A program made the translations under genes and the position numbers. 64,000 nt of DNA from the human T2T-CHM13v2.0 reference genome, Homo sapiens. Below are positions 15,801 through 28,899 of the stretch, one piece after another. The notes beneath the pieces were generated by a model. The model worked only from the letters and a program-made list of their open reading frames with translations, ran no database searches and was not told the origin of the DNA. Each line of letters opens with the position of its first letter. Positions within the stretch are counted from its first letter, which is position 1. The DNA is taken from NCBI RefSeq assembly GCF_009914755.1, contig NC_060926.1. The stretch is one strand, 5' to 3'.

Positions 15801-16076
15801 GAATATTGCTGAGGGCTGAAAAAACGAATTCTAAGTTTATTAGAACTGTGTCCAAAAAGAGAATATAGAAACTCTGAGTAAGGGTCTCAGAGGTTCCCAT
15901 GCTTTAGTGCACAGAATTGATAGCATCTTATTTTTGTTACATCATGGACTTTTGGGTCTTCTAAGTTCTTTGTTATATTTCCAATAAATGAGGCTCCTCA
16001 TTGGATAAATCATGTCCAGATATATGAGACAGGATTACATTAAGAGCTTTTGAAAAAAAGAAAATTAAATATGATT

Positions 16077-16357
<281 letters not shown>

Positions 16358-16477
16358 AAATATGATTCTTAAATATACTTCTACATAAAAGATAAGAATT
16401 CAAGAAGAATTCTTCAAATATTCAGAGTGAATTATTCCTTAATGAACACTTTTGCTTCCAAACACATTTCCATTTTA

Positions 16478-16672
<195 letters not shown>

Positions 16673-17678
16673 TTACTAAAATCGCCCATGAGTTTTAATT
16701 CAACAATTCAGACTCTATCAGGAGAAAATCAGAAGCAACATGAAATACATTTTGCCACGTGCCATTTGCATCTTGCTATTTATTCAACAGAAGTTATGCA
16801 AAATTATTTTTTCTATTTTTGGCGAACTAAAAAACTTGTGCCCTCTGGCTACTATCTGAATTAATCTTCAAATGCACCTCCAGAAGTTATAACTGTTCCC
16901 TATGACACTGCTTTTCTTTCCTGCCAAGGTTAATCCCACCTACCATCATCAATCCTTTTTTATCATTAGTAGCTATGGAGTGAATTACAGCAAAGGTTGA
17001 ATGGGTAGCATCTGATATAACCTTGTATTTTGTACAAACAGCCTATGAGCTTGTTGGACTATTAAGATGAGCAATTTAAATGTATGCTATTAAGAAACTC
17101 CTTTAACATGACACTGATCATTTGATAGCAACAGATACATTGTCTTAGAAAAATGTGGTTGAATAAAATACCGTACTTTCTCAATGATAAGTGACAGGAG
17201 TTCGCAATCTCATAAGGATGGGACTAAAGAGGCTGCGGCAAGTGAATACAGCTGGAATTACTTAATTGAAAGGTTACGAATGAACATGATCACACTAATC
17301 TTCTATCTGAAGGCTTTGTAAAGGGAAATTGATAAATTGCAAGTTGCTCAGAAGAACTGTTATAAGCCCCCACGTTTTTACAAGGGAGCTGACTCGGTTC
17401 AAGAGAGCTGACTTGGTCCCCAGGGACTTCAGATATTCTCACAAATATTTAGAATTGTAGCTTGATAAGAAGAAACTGGCTCAGCAGGCTGTAACACTCT
17501 AGACGGGGGTTTGACAGAAATGTCTTCCAAAGTCAGGGGGCACCTGAAAGTACAGCTGCTAAATCAAATGAGCATCTAAACGAAATTGCGGTTTGTGACA
17601 CCAAAAGCTGCCCTAACCATAAACTGCATTTCCTTATTTCATCTGTGCTTCAGATGTGGTGACTATGTAAGTGGGCTG

Positions 17679-17733
17679 GTGTGTGTGTGTGTGTGTGTAT
17701 GTGTTTGCATATGTGCATATACATGTGAGTGTG
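17679..17733. repeat. (TG)n microsatellite, degenerate tail
   Basis: gtgtgtgtgtgtgtgtgtatgtgtttgcatatgtgcata. Confidence 0.85.
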
Positions 17734-17761
17734 CAGCTGGAGGTACATTTCTGTTTCACAA

Positions 17762-17837
17762 TTCTTGAGGTTTAAAGAGCTTGCCCAGTGTCTGACACAT
17801 AGTAAATACTCAATAAATGGTAACTATGATGATGATG
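17762..17837 (+). mobile_element. MIR 3' end
   Basis: cagtgtctgacacatagtaaatactcaataaatggtaactat. Confidence 0.7.
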
Positions 17838-18065
17838 CAGCAGCCAAAGATCATTTGAAACACACCTTACACTTTATACTTCCAGAGAAACTGTGGTATT
17901 CTGCCATTTTACTGATTCCATTTCATAATGAAGTCATAATAAAATGGAATAAAATGAAGTAAATGGCAAATAAATATATAGGAATCTTACTGAACTATAA
18001 AGTTCCATGTAAGATGAGCTTGTCTTAGGCTTTGCCCTTTTTGCCAGCAGTACAAAAAACACCTT

Positions 18066-18355
18066 GGCCCAGTGCAATGGCTCATATCTGTAATTCCAGC
18101 ACTTTAGGAGGCCAAGGCAAGATGACTGCTTGAGCCCAGGAGTTACAGACCAGTCTGGGCAACATAGGGAGACGCCATCTCTACAAAGCGTAAAAAATTA
18201 GCTGGGCCTGGTGGCATGTACCTCTGGTCCCAGCTACTTGGGAGGCTGGGTGGAAGGATCACTTGAGCCTGGGAGGTCGAGGCTGCAGTGAACTCCAGTC
18301 AGGGTGACAGAGTGAAACCCTGTCTATTTTTTAAAAAAGAAAAGAAAAAAATAAA
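18066..18355 (+). mobile_element. AluJ with internal deletion
   Basis: cttgagcccaggag and gaggtcgaggctgcagtga diagnostics; TSD aaaaaacacctt. Confidence 0.92.
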
Positions 18356-19800
18356 AAAAAAACACCTTATAAAGTCTCTTCATGATAAAATGATCCCATA
18401 ATAATGGAAGTTGGGGTAGCATAATAAGAGGCTCTACTCTGAACATGATTTAGCTTTCTGAAGCTGCTAGAACATTCAGTCTCATAACTGGCATCTTCCT
18501 GGATGTTACCCAAATCTTTAGGGAAATAAGTGAACTGAATTAAAGAGCCTAACACCTAGTAGGCACTGAGCAGATAGCAGGTAGTCATTCATTATCTTTC
18601 TACTGATTGGTCATCTGCTGAAGCATCTGGATGTGTTACCCATCACTTCTAAAGTATCAGTAAGATCTTACACTTAAGTAAGGAGCTATAATCACAGAAT
18701 GTAGCCAAAAATGAAATAATCAAAGCTGCACTGAGGGATAGCACTATAACAGTACCAAAATGATTGACATTCCCAAATGATTAAAGCATACAGCATGTCC
18801 TTCTGTTTTCAGGACTCCTGGGCACCAGATGAGTCATACCAAAATGGCAAACAGGTACCGCTGGCTGATCCAAATGGGAAATATTCCATATCTGCGTGCG
18901 TGCCATTAGGCAATTATTTTGTATGCATGTAAGTAAGATACTAGTAATAGTTTAGAACAGAAGTGTGAAATAACTTATTTCATGTTTCATTAGTAATCTA
19001 TTTTTCTTTAAGCTGTTTAACATCCCTGGTGCCTAAACAGGATAAATATTCATGTATTAATTTCTGGTTTCCAGAGCACATGGGGCACACTAAACACAAA
19101 GGGCTTGTCCTCAAGTGAGGAAAGAGAATATTTTACGTTATACATTTTGTGCCATATATATTTATTCACATGTATATACAGCACAAGCATAATGCATGTG
19201 AACTGCACACAGATTTACTGTAAGCAAAGTCTAGAATACAGACAGCATCAATAGTCACAGAGGTGCAGTGATATATGCACATCACTTCCTTTAACAATGG
19301 GCCTGTGCTCTGCCACCCAGTGAAGGCCGGCTGTCATTAGGCAGACAATGCCATGGGTTCTGTCTGTGCAACAGAAGCAGGGACTGTTAATCTAAATGCG
19401 GCAAAAGCGGCTGCCAAAGCCAGTGCCCATGGTCCAGTAATGCTGACAGGGCCATGTTACCCACAAAAGTCCTGAGCTCATATTCACTTCTTTGTTACCT
19501 CTTAAAATTAAAATTGATTTTCATTGCCATAGTCAATTTTAAACAATCAGATGAAAAGAAACAATCTTAAAATAAGAATCTGTTCTTTCTACTTGCTGTA
19601 ATTGAAGCATTTATTACATAATTACTAGATTTTATCACAGCATGGCCTGGTCAATATTTTTATATTATGACAAAATAGATAGCTTTTTGACAACACTAGC
19701 TGGTGCTGTACAACTTCATAAACCAACTCTAAATTGTCAAAGATGGATACCTCCAGAAAGAAAGATCAATTAGCAAATCCATCAGGGCTTTATGTCCATT

Positions 19801-20090
19801 TATTTATTCAGACAAAGTCTCGCTCTGTCACCCAGGCTGGATCGCAGTGGCACAATCTTGACTCAATGCACTCTCTGCCTCCCAGGTTCAAGTGATTCTC
19901 TTGCCTCAGCCTCCCAAGTAGCTGGGACTACAGCTGTGCACCACCACACCCGGCTAGTTTTTGTATTTTTAGTAGATATGGGGTTTCACCATGTTGGCCA
20001 GGCTGATCTCACACTCCTAGCCTCAAGTGATCCACCCACCTCAGCCTCTCAAAGTGCTGGGATTACAGGTGTGAGCCACTGTGCCTGGCC
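19801..20090 (-). mobile_element. AluS (old, Sz/Sx-like)
   Basis: Full Alu; TSD tgt(c/a)cattt. Confidence 0.93.
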
Positions 20091-20183
20091 TGTACATTTA
20101 TTTTTAAAAGATACTTCATATTTTAGTTTAATTCAAATATACCAGGAATCCTGAAATCTTTGCATTTACAGAAGACTAGCATT

Positions 20184-20249
20184 CAGGGACCAATAAGCCT
20201 ATGGCCAAGTATTGCCCAGGAATATTTTGTTTGGCTGGTGGCCTTTGTT

Positions 20250-20282
<33 letters not shown>

Positions 20283-20386
20283 AACACTACTGAACATGGG
20301 TGAAATAAGATAGGAAATCCTCCAGTTTCCTGAAGTGCTCACCATTCACTTTGGCTTCTGTGGACATCTGAGTTTGTGTCTTCCTG
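20184..20386. mobile_element. MER102-like hAT relic containing an A31 run
   Basis: caggga...ttttgtttggc...tgagtttgtgtcttcctg termini. Confidence 0.5.
20251..20281. repeat. A31 mononucleotide run
   Basis: 31 uninterrupted A, not attached to an Alu or L1 body. Confidence 0.97.
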
Positions 20387-20910
20387 CAGGTAATAACCGC
20401 AGAGGGGGTCAAAGGGTTTACTGATGGACCAGCTATCAAGCTAGAAAGTTCTTGTACTTCAGAGTTTTCAAAATTTTAGTAAACACTCCCCAATAGAGAC
20501 TTCACGTAATCTGAGCTGAGATCACAGAAGCAAAGTATGTTACCTTTCTGTATGATCCCACTGCTGCTCAACCCTCATTAGGACTGTGGTATGCTTCTCA
20601 TCACATTCACCATCATTTCCTTTAGGGCCTGCATTACCATAGCAATACTTATTTTCATGGTTGAGCTAATATATCTAACTTATATTGGTATGTATACTGT
20701 GCCGCATGTGTCACTGAGATTCATGTAGTCAGCTGTGGTTTGGTTTGGAATCCTTAGAAGTATCAAAAGTCCTTCCTTCTGTCTATCTCTCCTTCCTTCC
20801 TTCACTATTAAACAAAGCAGTTTTAAATAGCAGATTATAACCACATGCTTGTAATCAATTTCTGCAATGCTCTTTGAGGCAATAAAATAATAACTTCAAT
20901 TAAAACTTAC

Positions 20911-20963
20911 CTCTTCCTGGAGTAAACTCAAATCGTATGTCATTAAGTTCCTTTCTGGAGTTT
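20911..20963 (-). CDS. STK39: STK39/SPAK internal coding exon, 53 nt, phase 2-1, CCT domain: (R)NSRKELNDIRFEFTPGR(D)
   Basis: Acceptor TATGTTATGTATTTCAG|A and donor GAG|GTAAGT. LNDIRFEFTPGRD is the conserved SPAK/OSR1 CCT signature. Not in the ORF track because it is too short. Confidence 0.97.
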
Positions 20964-21245
20964 CTGAAATACATAACATATAATACATTAAAGTCTAGGG
21001 AAGCAGAGTTTAGTCGAACTACATGTATTCAGATTTTCACAAGATGCTACTAACATGTGGATAACATTTTACAGTTTGAGGTTACCTCCAAGTATTTTGT
21101 TAACTGGAAAAGATAGTTATAACAGTAATAATGAAGAGATTTCTTTAATTTGATTGAATTTACCTTATATAAACATGCTTATATCACAAAATTCCAAAAA
21201 CAAAATGTTCATTTTATAAAATCTGCACTAAACAGGAAACCTTAA

Positions 21246-21539
21246 TTTTTTTTTTTTTTTTTTTTTTTGAGACAGAATTTCGCTCTTGTTGTCCAGGCTG
21301 GAGTGCGATGGTGTGATCTCACTGCAACCCAGGTTCAAGCTATTCTCCTGTCTCAGCCTCCTGAGTAGCTGGAATTACAGGCATGTGCCACCATGTCCGG
21401 CTAATTTTTTGTATTTTTAGTAGAGATGGGGTTTCTCCATGTTGGTGAGGCTGGTCCCAAACTCCCGACCTCAGGTGATCCCCCCAGCCTCGGCCTCCCA
21501 AAGTGCTGGGATTACAGGCATGAGCCACCACACCTGGCC
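21246..21539 (-). mobile_element. AluSp/Sq-like with small deletions
   Basis: T-tail, tttcgctcttgttg, ends cacctggcc. Confidence 0.93.
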
Positions 21540-22084
21540 AATATAATTTTATTAAAAATTTCAGAAGCCTTTAGTCTAAAATAAATGGTATCCATTTTTT
21601 TTCTTGAAAAATACTATTTTATTAAATCATTTTTAAAAGTGAAACAAACAGGGAAGACGGTCTCAGTGACAGAATTCAAGAAGCACTACACATTAAATCA
21701 TGTAGCACAACACCAAGAGAAAGGTATGCATTTGGTAGTTTAAAATTTTATCTAAATTTAAAAGTTTTATATATTCAGTGGGCAATTTTGCAACATTTTG
21801 CCCCATGAATATATAAAACTTTAAGTAAATGTAAAGGCTTACACAAAACTGAAAAATATACATGTATATGCAATTTAAAAATTAAATGGCACTGGGGAGA
21901 TATTAAATACATAAATATCTGAGACACAAGTTTTCCATTCAAATTAATTTTAAGAAATGATAATAAGGGGCAGTGAGCTATAATTAGAATAGTTTCAACT
22001 TCTTGTAAGAACACTAAAATATTATAAGTATCAACAGATGCTAGAATTAAGGTTAATAAAAACATCTTAAGAAATCGCAGTAGA

Positions 22085-22360
22085 AGCCAGGCACAGTGGC
22101 TCACGCCTGTAATCCCAGAACTTTGAGAGGCTGAGGCAGGTGGATCACTTGAGGTTAGGAGTTCGAGACCAGCCTAGCCAACATGGTGAAACCCCATCTC
22201 TACTAAAAATACAAGAATTACCCGGGAGTGGTGGCCCATCCCTGTAATCCCAGCTACTCAGGAGGCTGAGGCAGGAGAACTGGAACCCGGCAGGTATTGC
22301 AGTTAGCCAAAATCACACCACTGCATTACAGCTTGGGTGGCAGAGCAAGAGTTCATCTCA
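22085..22360 (+). mobile_element. AluSx-like
   Basis: Full Alu; TSD aagaaat(c/t)gcagtag brackets the Alu plus the STR tail. Confidence 0.93.
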
Positions 22361-22367
22361 TTTTTAA

Positions 22368-22406
22368 GAAAAGAAAGAAAAGAAAGAAAAGAAAGAAAAG
22401 AAAGAA

Positions 22407-22466
<60 letters not shown>

Positions 22467-22468
22467 AA
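22368..22468. repeat. Compound STR (GAAAAGAAA)4 GAAAA (GAAA)15
   Basis: Counted directly; derived from the Alu tail. Confidence 0.97.
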
Positions 22469-23080
22469 TTGCAGTAGGAAACATGAACTAGTATTAGCTG
22501 AGCCTCTGAAAATGTCTAAGACAGAGTCAGAGATGGCCTGAATACCCATCCCTGAACATCCTCCTGAGGAGCTGGGAAACTGAGCATTCGCACTGTAAAG
22601 CTCTGTGTAAAACCTCCTGGTCTCTGTGAACTGTGCCCAAACCACAATGAAGCTGGTCTCTGGGCCCTTTTTGGTCCACAGCCTGATTTTGGTTCTTTAT
22701 GTCCTACCACATCCAACCACACTAAGAGCAAGGAGGCCCACAAGGATACACAGGGCATGGCACTTGCTGAAAGAATGCCCTTTTCCTCAGTGTCTAGAAA
22801 GCCAGCCCAAGTCTCACACCTTTCCATAAACAAAACAGGGAGAAGTAAAGGGCCAATACCTCAAGACATGTCCAAGCCCACACCGAGATATGAGAGCCTT
22901 GGACCTTGAACTTTGTATCTCCCTTCAGGTTTCCCCAACCTTGACTTTTATCACTACTCCCCTCAGGGCTAAAATGGGACCAGGGACTGCCGCAGTTCCT
23001 ATAACTGTGCTTCTTTTAGGACCTGTGGAAATCTGAAAACTGTGAAAATTGTGGATCCTCACCCTAAAAGAAAGTAGATA

Positions 23081-23391
23081 CAGCAGTCCCCCTTTATCCG
23101 TGATTTCACATTTCATGGTTTCGGTTACCCATGTCAGTATAATAAAATATTCTGAGAGAGAGAGACCACATTCACATATCCTTTATGCCATTATATTGTT
23201 GTAATTGTTCTATTTTATTATTAGTTCTTGTTGTTAACCTCTCACTGTGCCTAATTTATAAATTAAGCTTTATCATAAGTACGTATATATAGGGAAAAAC
23301 ATACTGCATAGATGGTTCAGTACTATCTTTGGCTTCAGTTATTCACAGTGGTTTTGAAACATACCCTTGCGAAGATATGGAGGGATTACCG
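23081..23391 (+). mobile_element. MER44A-like (Tigger7-derived) DNA transposon
   Basis: TA|cagcagtccccctttatccg left TIR, decayed right TIR gatatggagggattaccg, internal gagagaccacattcacata. Confidence 0.85.
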
Positions 23392-23558
23392 CACATAACT
23401 TATGCACAAAATTGTAGGTAACTACAGAGGATTTAGAAATCATGTTGGACCCCAGACTAAAGAACCCTGCCCTGGAGGTGGAGTGTACCATTCACAACAG
23501 TGCCTGCAGTGGGAGGATGGTTTGTGTGCTGCACTGTTTAAATAGCTTAAACTTTCTT

Positions 23559-23870
<312 letters not shown>

Positions 23871-23932
23871 AAAGTTTCTTAATAAACTACCAACGTCACC
23901 ACTGCACATTTACATAGTGCTTTCATATATAT

Positions 23933-24430
23933 TAGCAGTTCTCAAACTTTTTGGTCTTAGGACACTTTTATGTTCTTAAAAAGTAGTGAGGACCCCTAAA
24001 GAGATTTTGTTTATGTGGACTATATCTATCAAAGTTTACTATATTAGAAATTAAAATTGACAATTTAAAAAAATTTATTAATTTGAAAATGACAACCCCA
24101 TTATATGTCAATATAAATTTTATATGAAAAATTACTTTCCTTTTCAAAATGAAAACAATTCAGTGAAAAAGAGTCCATTGCTTCACAGTTTTGTAAACCT
24201 CTGTAATATCAGGCTTAGGACAGCTCGAATCTTACAATTGTTTCTGCAAGCTGTTGCAATGTTGAATGTTACAGACACAGGAATTTAAAAATTCCACTGA
24301 ATATGTGTGAAAGAGTGAAAAAGGCAAGTAATTTCTTGCTACTATTATAAAAATAGTTTTGACCTCATGGGCTCCCTGAAAGGGTCTCAAAGACTCCCAG
24401 GGTCACTGGACTACATTTTAAGTAACACTA
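23933..24430 (-). mobile_element. Charlie1-family non-autonomous hAT element (Charlie1b/MER119-like)
   Basis: Both ends recognisable (gcagttctcaaactttttggtcttaggac...; aaaatagttttgacctc...ctgaaagggtctc); 8-bp TSD atatata(t/a). Confidence 0.8.
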
Positions 24431-24502
24431 ATATATAAATGTATACACATACATACATATGCATGTACACATAATATACACATATATGTATATATTATAT
24501 AT

Positions 24503-24567
24503 AATTAAATGAGATTATGTATCATATATAATCATTTATTATATATCATATATAATCTCATTTAATT
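24503..24567. repeat. Near-perfect AT-rich palindrome (30-bp arms, 5-nt loop)
   Basis: 28 of 30 arm positions are Watson-Crick paired, checked base by base. Confidence 0.93.
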
Positions 24568-24690
24568 CCAATAATTAACCTTTGAGATATGCAAAGAGGT
24601 ATTATTTGTTTTCCATTTTTTCCATGACTGTGTTCAATGGCTTCTCCAAGTTTACAAATTTAATGAATGGCAGAGTGAAGGCCAATAATT
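24551..24690 (-). mobile_element. MIR fragment
   Basis: atctcatttaattcc...gaggtattatt...ccatttt...ccaagtttaca...tggcagag. Confidence 0.6.
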
Positions 24691-25654
24691 CCATACTGAA
24701 GGTACCAAATACAAACAGAAATGCTCAATTCCTTTAACTTTTAAGAGAAAGCAATGTTATTCCCCAAGATTTTGCATGTTCTCATAAAACAATCACCAAG
24801 CATTCATTTCCTTAATAGTCTTGGTTTTATGTGCTGTATATGAGCAATGATTCACTTCAAACTAAAGTAGTCCAATAACAAAACAACCATGAGGAAAGCA
24901 AGTATTTATAATGTGTTTAATAATAAAATGACAGGAAAAAAATGAGGAATTTGGTTGGACATTAATTTGTGTCATTGTTCATTTCCTCTCTTCCTTTCCA
25001 TCAGTCTTATTTAAATATATTTATTCTAGTAAGGTCATGAGAAGAGAGGTGTAAGAACTGTACCCAGAATATCACTATGCATATCCTGATGCTTCAAATA
25101 TTAATAACACAAAAAGTAATATCCAACACCCATAATCTCTGCCTATATCAACTGTGGTTCAAGTTATGGAGGCTGCGTAGTCAAGTCATTCTTTTTATGA
25201 CTCTGAACCTAAAATACTCGCCTTTGAAAAGATCACAGTGATTGATTGTGAGTAGTAGACTTGTCCCATCAAGATGAAATATAGTTGGAAAAATGCCTAA
25301 TTGGAGCGAACTACTGAAGGTCATCTTTTTATAAAGAATTAATCTTTTCAGACTCATACTTAACACCTTTAATTGAAAGTACATTTACTTTAATTGATAT
25401 GGCACAGGACACTCTTGATTTCAGGGAAGCTGAAAATAGGTATGATTTAAGGCCAGAAACTAAGTCTGAGCAACTTTATAGAGGAAATGATAAAAACTTG
25501 AGAGTAACAGTTTCAACACTCGGCTGCCTTTGATAATTTTTATTAAAAATCCTTTTAAACTTAAAATAAAAACTCTTAAATTTGGTAAGGTACAGCCTCT
25601 TATAGCTCATTGCACTGAAAATGCAAATACATACAGAACTCAGAAAGGACATTT

Positions 25655-26245
25655 TTTTTTTTTTTTAAGTAGGTGATACAATCATATGGCTTAAAAATTA
25701 AAAGGTACAATAGGGCATTAAATATTCTGTGAAAATTGGCCCTCTCACTCCTGTCACCCAACTACCTGGTTGCCCTTCCAGGGGCAATCAGTGTTTTATG
25801 AATTTGGTGCATACTTCTTGAGATGTTTTATGCATGTACTAGCAAATATACATATATATTGAATACAGATGATAGCATAGTATATCCACTGTTCTGTATC
25901 TTGCCTCTCTTTTAACATAATACCATCTTGGAATTTCTCCATGTTAGTTTGTAGAGAGTTTTCTCATTCTTTTCTTTATAACTACATAGTTTTCTCTGGG
26001 ATGCTACAGCCTTTTTTCACCAGTTCCCATTCTATGAACAGACTGTTTCCAATCTTTCACTATTGTAAACAGTGCTTCAATAAGTAACCTTATTCTTAGG
26101 TCATTTTGCATAAATACAAGTATAAAAATAAATGTCTAGAGGTGAATTCTTTGGTCAAAGGATATATGCATTTGTAATTTGACACATATTATGAAATTCC
26201 CCTTCATTTAAGTTGCACCCATTTATGCTCTTACCCACCATTTGT
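25655..26245 (-). mobile_element. L1ME-type 3' region
   Basis: ttccaatctttcactattgtaaacagtgct...ggtcaaaggatatatgcatttgtaattttgac. Confidence 0.75.
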
Positions 26246-26289
26246 AAGCACTATTGCAGGAACTTTGAATAAATCAGAATGTATTAATA

Positions 26290-26525
26290 ACCAGGGAGAT
26301 GTGGGGACTGTGCCAGCTGGAAAGCTTCTTCCCCATCTAAAGGGGACAACCACTATTCAGTGCCTGCAGGTTATGGCCAGACAGGATTGGACTCAATGTT
26401 GCTCAATATTCAGATTTGTCAGAGAAAAAAGAAATTTGAAATTTTATATGACATTCCATAGTTTTAATTGTTGATACTAATTTTAAAATGTTCACACTAA
26501 TGTGTGGGCCAGATTCAGTCTATTA
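26290..26525. mobile_element. MER102-like hAT fragment
   Basis: ccccatctaaagggg...ttttatatga...tgtgggccagattcag. Confidence 0.5.
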
Positions 26526-26777
26526 CCATTCATTAGTGAGGGCAAATATAAAATATAACTTCTGCTGATAGTAATAAACCGATTTCTGGGGATGAAGTTT
26601 TCTGAAATGGTAAACTTCAAAGTTCTTTTTAAGGATCTACTAAAAAGAGTCAAATAAATGATACACAGACCCACAGACTGAAGGCATGGGAGAAATTAAT
26701 CATGGGAAAGAAAAATAAAGCCACAGAAACCTAACGAAAAGAAAATACAATTCATAAACTTATAAAACTGAAATTCG

Positions 26778-27083
26778 TTTTTTTCATTTTTTGGATTCTT
26801 TTAGAGACAAGGTCTCACTTGGTTGCCCAGGTAGTACAGTGGCACACTTGTTGCTCACTGCAGCCTCGAACTCTCGGGCTCAAGCAATCCTCCTTCCTCA
26901 GCCTCCTGAGCAGCTTAAACTATGGGCATGTGCCACCATACCTGGCTAATTTTTTAATTTTTTGTAGAGACAAGGGTCTTGCTATGTTGCTGAGGCTGGT
27001 GTTGAACTCTGGACTCAAGTGATTCCCCCTACCTCAGGATTCCAAAGTGCTGGGATTACAGGTGTGAGCCACCATGCCCAGCC
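26778..27083 (-). mobile_element. AluJ
   Basis: gcagcctcgaac, gggctcaagcaatcctcc, tgtagagacaagggtcttgctatgttgc. Confidence 0.93.
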
Positions 27084-28226
27084 TGACTTTAAAAAAATGT
27101 TTAGTAATTGATGTTCAGTGCTGACAAACTTTTTTTTTTTTTTTTGCTATGTCTATTTAACGTGAGAAGTTCAGAGATACAGATTGGCGTGCATTAAGTT
27201 TTTCTTCTTGTTCTTTCAGTTCATCTTCAAGTGACACAACGAACAATCAAACGAGGCAGCTGGCTAAGAGGCTGGTAATGCAGAATACGAACGGACACCC
27301 ATCCCTTCCCAGTGGTGGAGGTGCAGAAGGCAGGTGCGATTGAAGTATATATTTTACAGGATGTAGCTTTTATCTGCACCTCTTAATGTACCGTGTCAGG
27401 ACAATCTGACAGAGTTATTGCTCCTGGAGGGCTCCAAAGCCAAAATGCCAGCTCAGAACTATTTGCATCCTTCAGCCTCACATTACCGTCTCTTAGCCCA
27501 TGCCAGCAGCAGTATGAGGGCACTCACACTCTAAGACCCAGATGTGATTAAAGCGGTAGAAATCCAAAGACCACTCATTGTCAAAGAGCATCAGAAACAG
27601 TAAGTGTCACTGGCATTGTATACCCTCCACCGCAGGGATGCTCTCAAATGAAGATGAAAGGCAACTATTTCCCCGAGCTTTGAGGTTGGCAACACCACCA
27701 AGGGTCTCTGTAAGAATGCCAGGGATAGTGTTTCCCAGGGACCCAGGAGCAGCTGCTCGCTCCTAAGCAGCAGAAGATTTCTCATCAACAGCCCTCTTCT
27801 TCCTTACTTTTACCCGAAATTCCAGGTGAAGGTGCAGCTGTTAGTGTCCAGGGAATTTCAAAGGGATACCCACACACTCAATTCCTGGACTATCTCCCCG
27901 CTATCAGGAGTAGGAAGGGGGCCTTTTAAAAAGGCTAAGCTAGGAATTGGTCAGGACATCATTTTTAGTTCAGCTTGCCTCTTGTCCTACTCTGGGCACC
28001 AAACCAAAGTCCATCCCCACAGTCTTAGGAGAAGAAATGGATGGACTGTGGCTCCCAGTGAGCTGGGCAGATACTTCTGCTTCACACGAGGAGGCCGCCT
28101 GGGGCAGGATGAGGAGATAATGTGACCCATGCAGATGGGGATCTGAGTTCAAAACCACAAACTACTTATTTGGCCTTCTGTAACCTGTTTCCTCAACTGT
28201 GAGAGGGGGAAATAATAATTCACAGC

Positions 28227-28580
28227 TGCTATGGTTTGAATGTCTCCCCCAAAAAGGATGTGCTGGAAACTTCATCCCTGATGTGACTGTGTTGGGAGGT
28301 AGGGCCTAATGAGAGGTGTTTAGGTCATGAGGGCGCCACCCTCACAAATGGATTAATGCCAATTCTAAAAGCGCTTGAGGCTGTGAGTTTAATCTTTTGC
28401 TCTCTCTCACCCTCTCTTTGCACTTCTGCCATGGCATGACACAGCAAGAAGACATTAAGATGGTGCAGCCCCCAACCTTAGACTTCCCAGCCTCCAGAAC
28501 CAAGAGCCAATACATTGCTGGTCATTACGAATTACCCAGTCTATGGTATTTTGTTGTATCAGCACGAATGGACTAAGACA
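28227..28580 (+). mobile_element. MST-family (MSTD-like) MaLR solo LTR
   Basis: TGctatggtttgaatgt...gactaagaCA with a perfect 5-bp TSD acagc. Confidence 0.9.
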
Positions 28581-28589
28581 ACAGCATTT

Positions 28590-28790
28590 CCTATCTGCTG
28601 GGACATGCTTGATGTTTTACATATGTTATCTCAGTCCAAACTCAAAGCAACTCTTAAAGCAGGAACTGCTCTTATCCTCTATTATTTTAGAGACAAGGAA
28701 ACTGAGGCTTAGAAAGGATAAAGAATAGATCCAAAATCACAGTCTGAACAACAGAGCTGAACTAAAGCTGGAACTTTAAAAAATGTTACC
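28590..28790 (-). mobile_element. MIR
   Basis: ttttagagacaaggaaactgaggcttagaaagg. Confidence 0.7.
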
Positions 28791-28899
28791 CATTATCTTC
28801 ACCAGTGCACATCCCTTACCCGCCTACTGGGTACACAGATAGTATTTGTTGAACAGATGAATGAATGCAGAGTTTACAAGTCTGGCTTTTATAAAGTGC

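Noticed and set aside
19792-20154. 120-aa ORF and other Alu-like peptides (6893, 8455, 14960, 46150, 49651, 60902)
   Set aside because: Translations of Alu elements.
22297-22645. Lys/Arg-rich and Phe/Ser-rich ORFs
   Set aside because: Translations of the GAAA STR.
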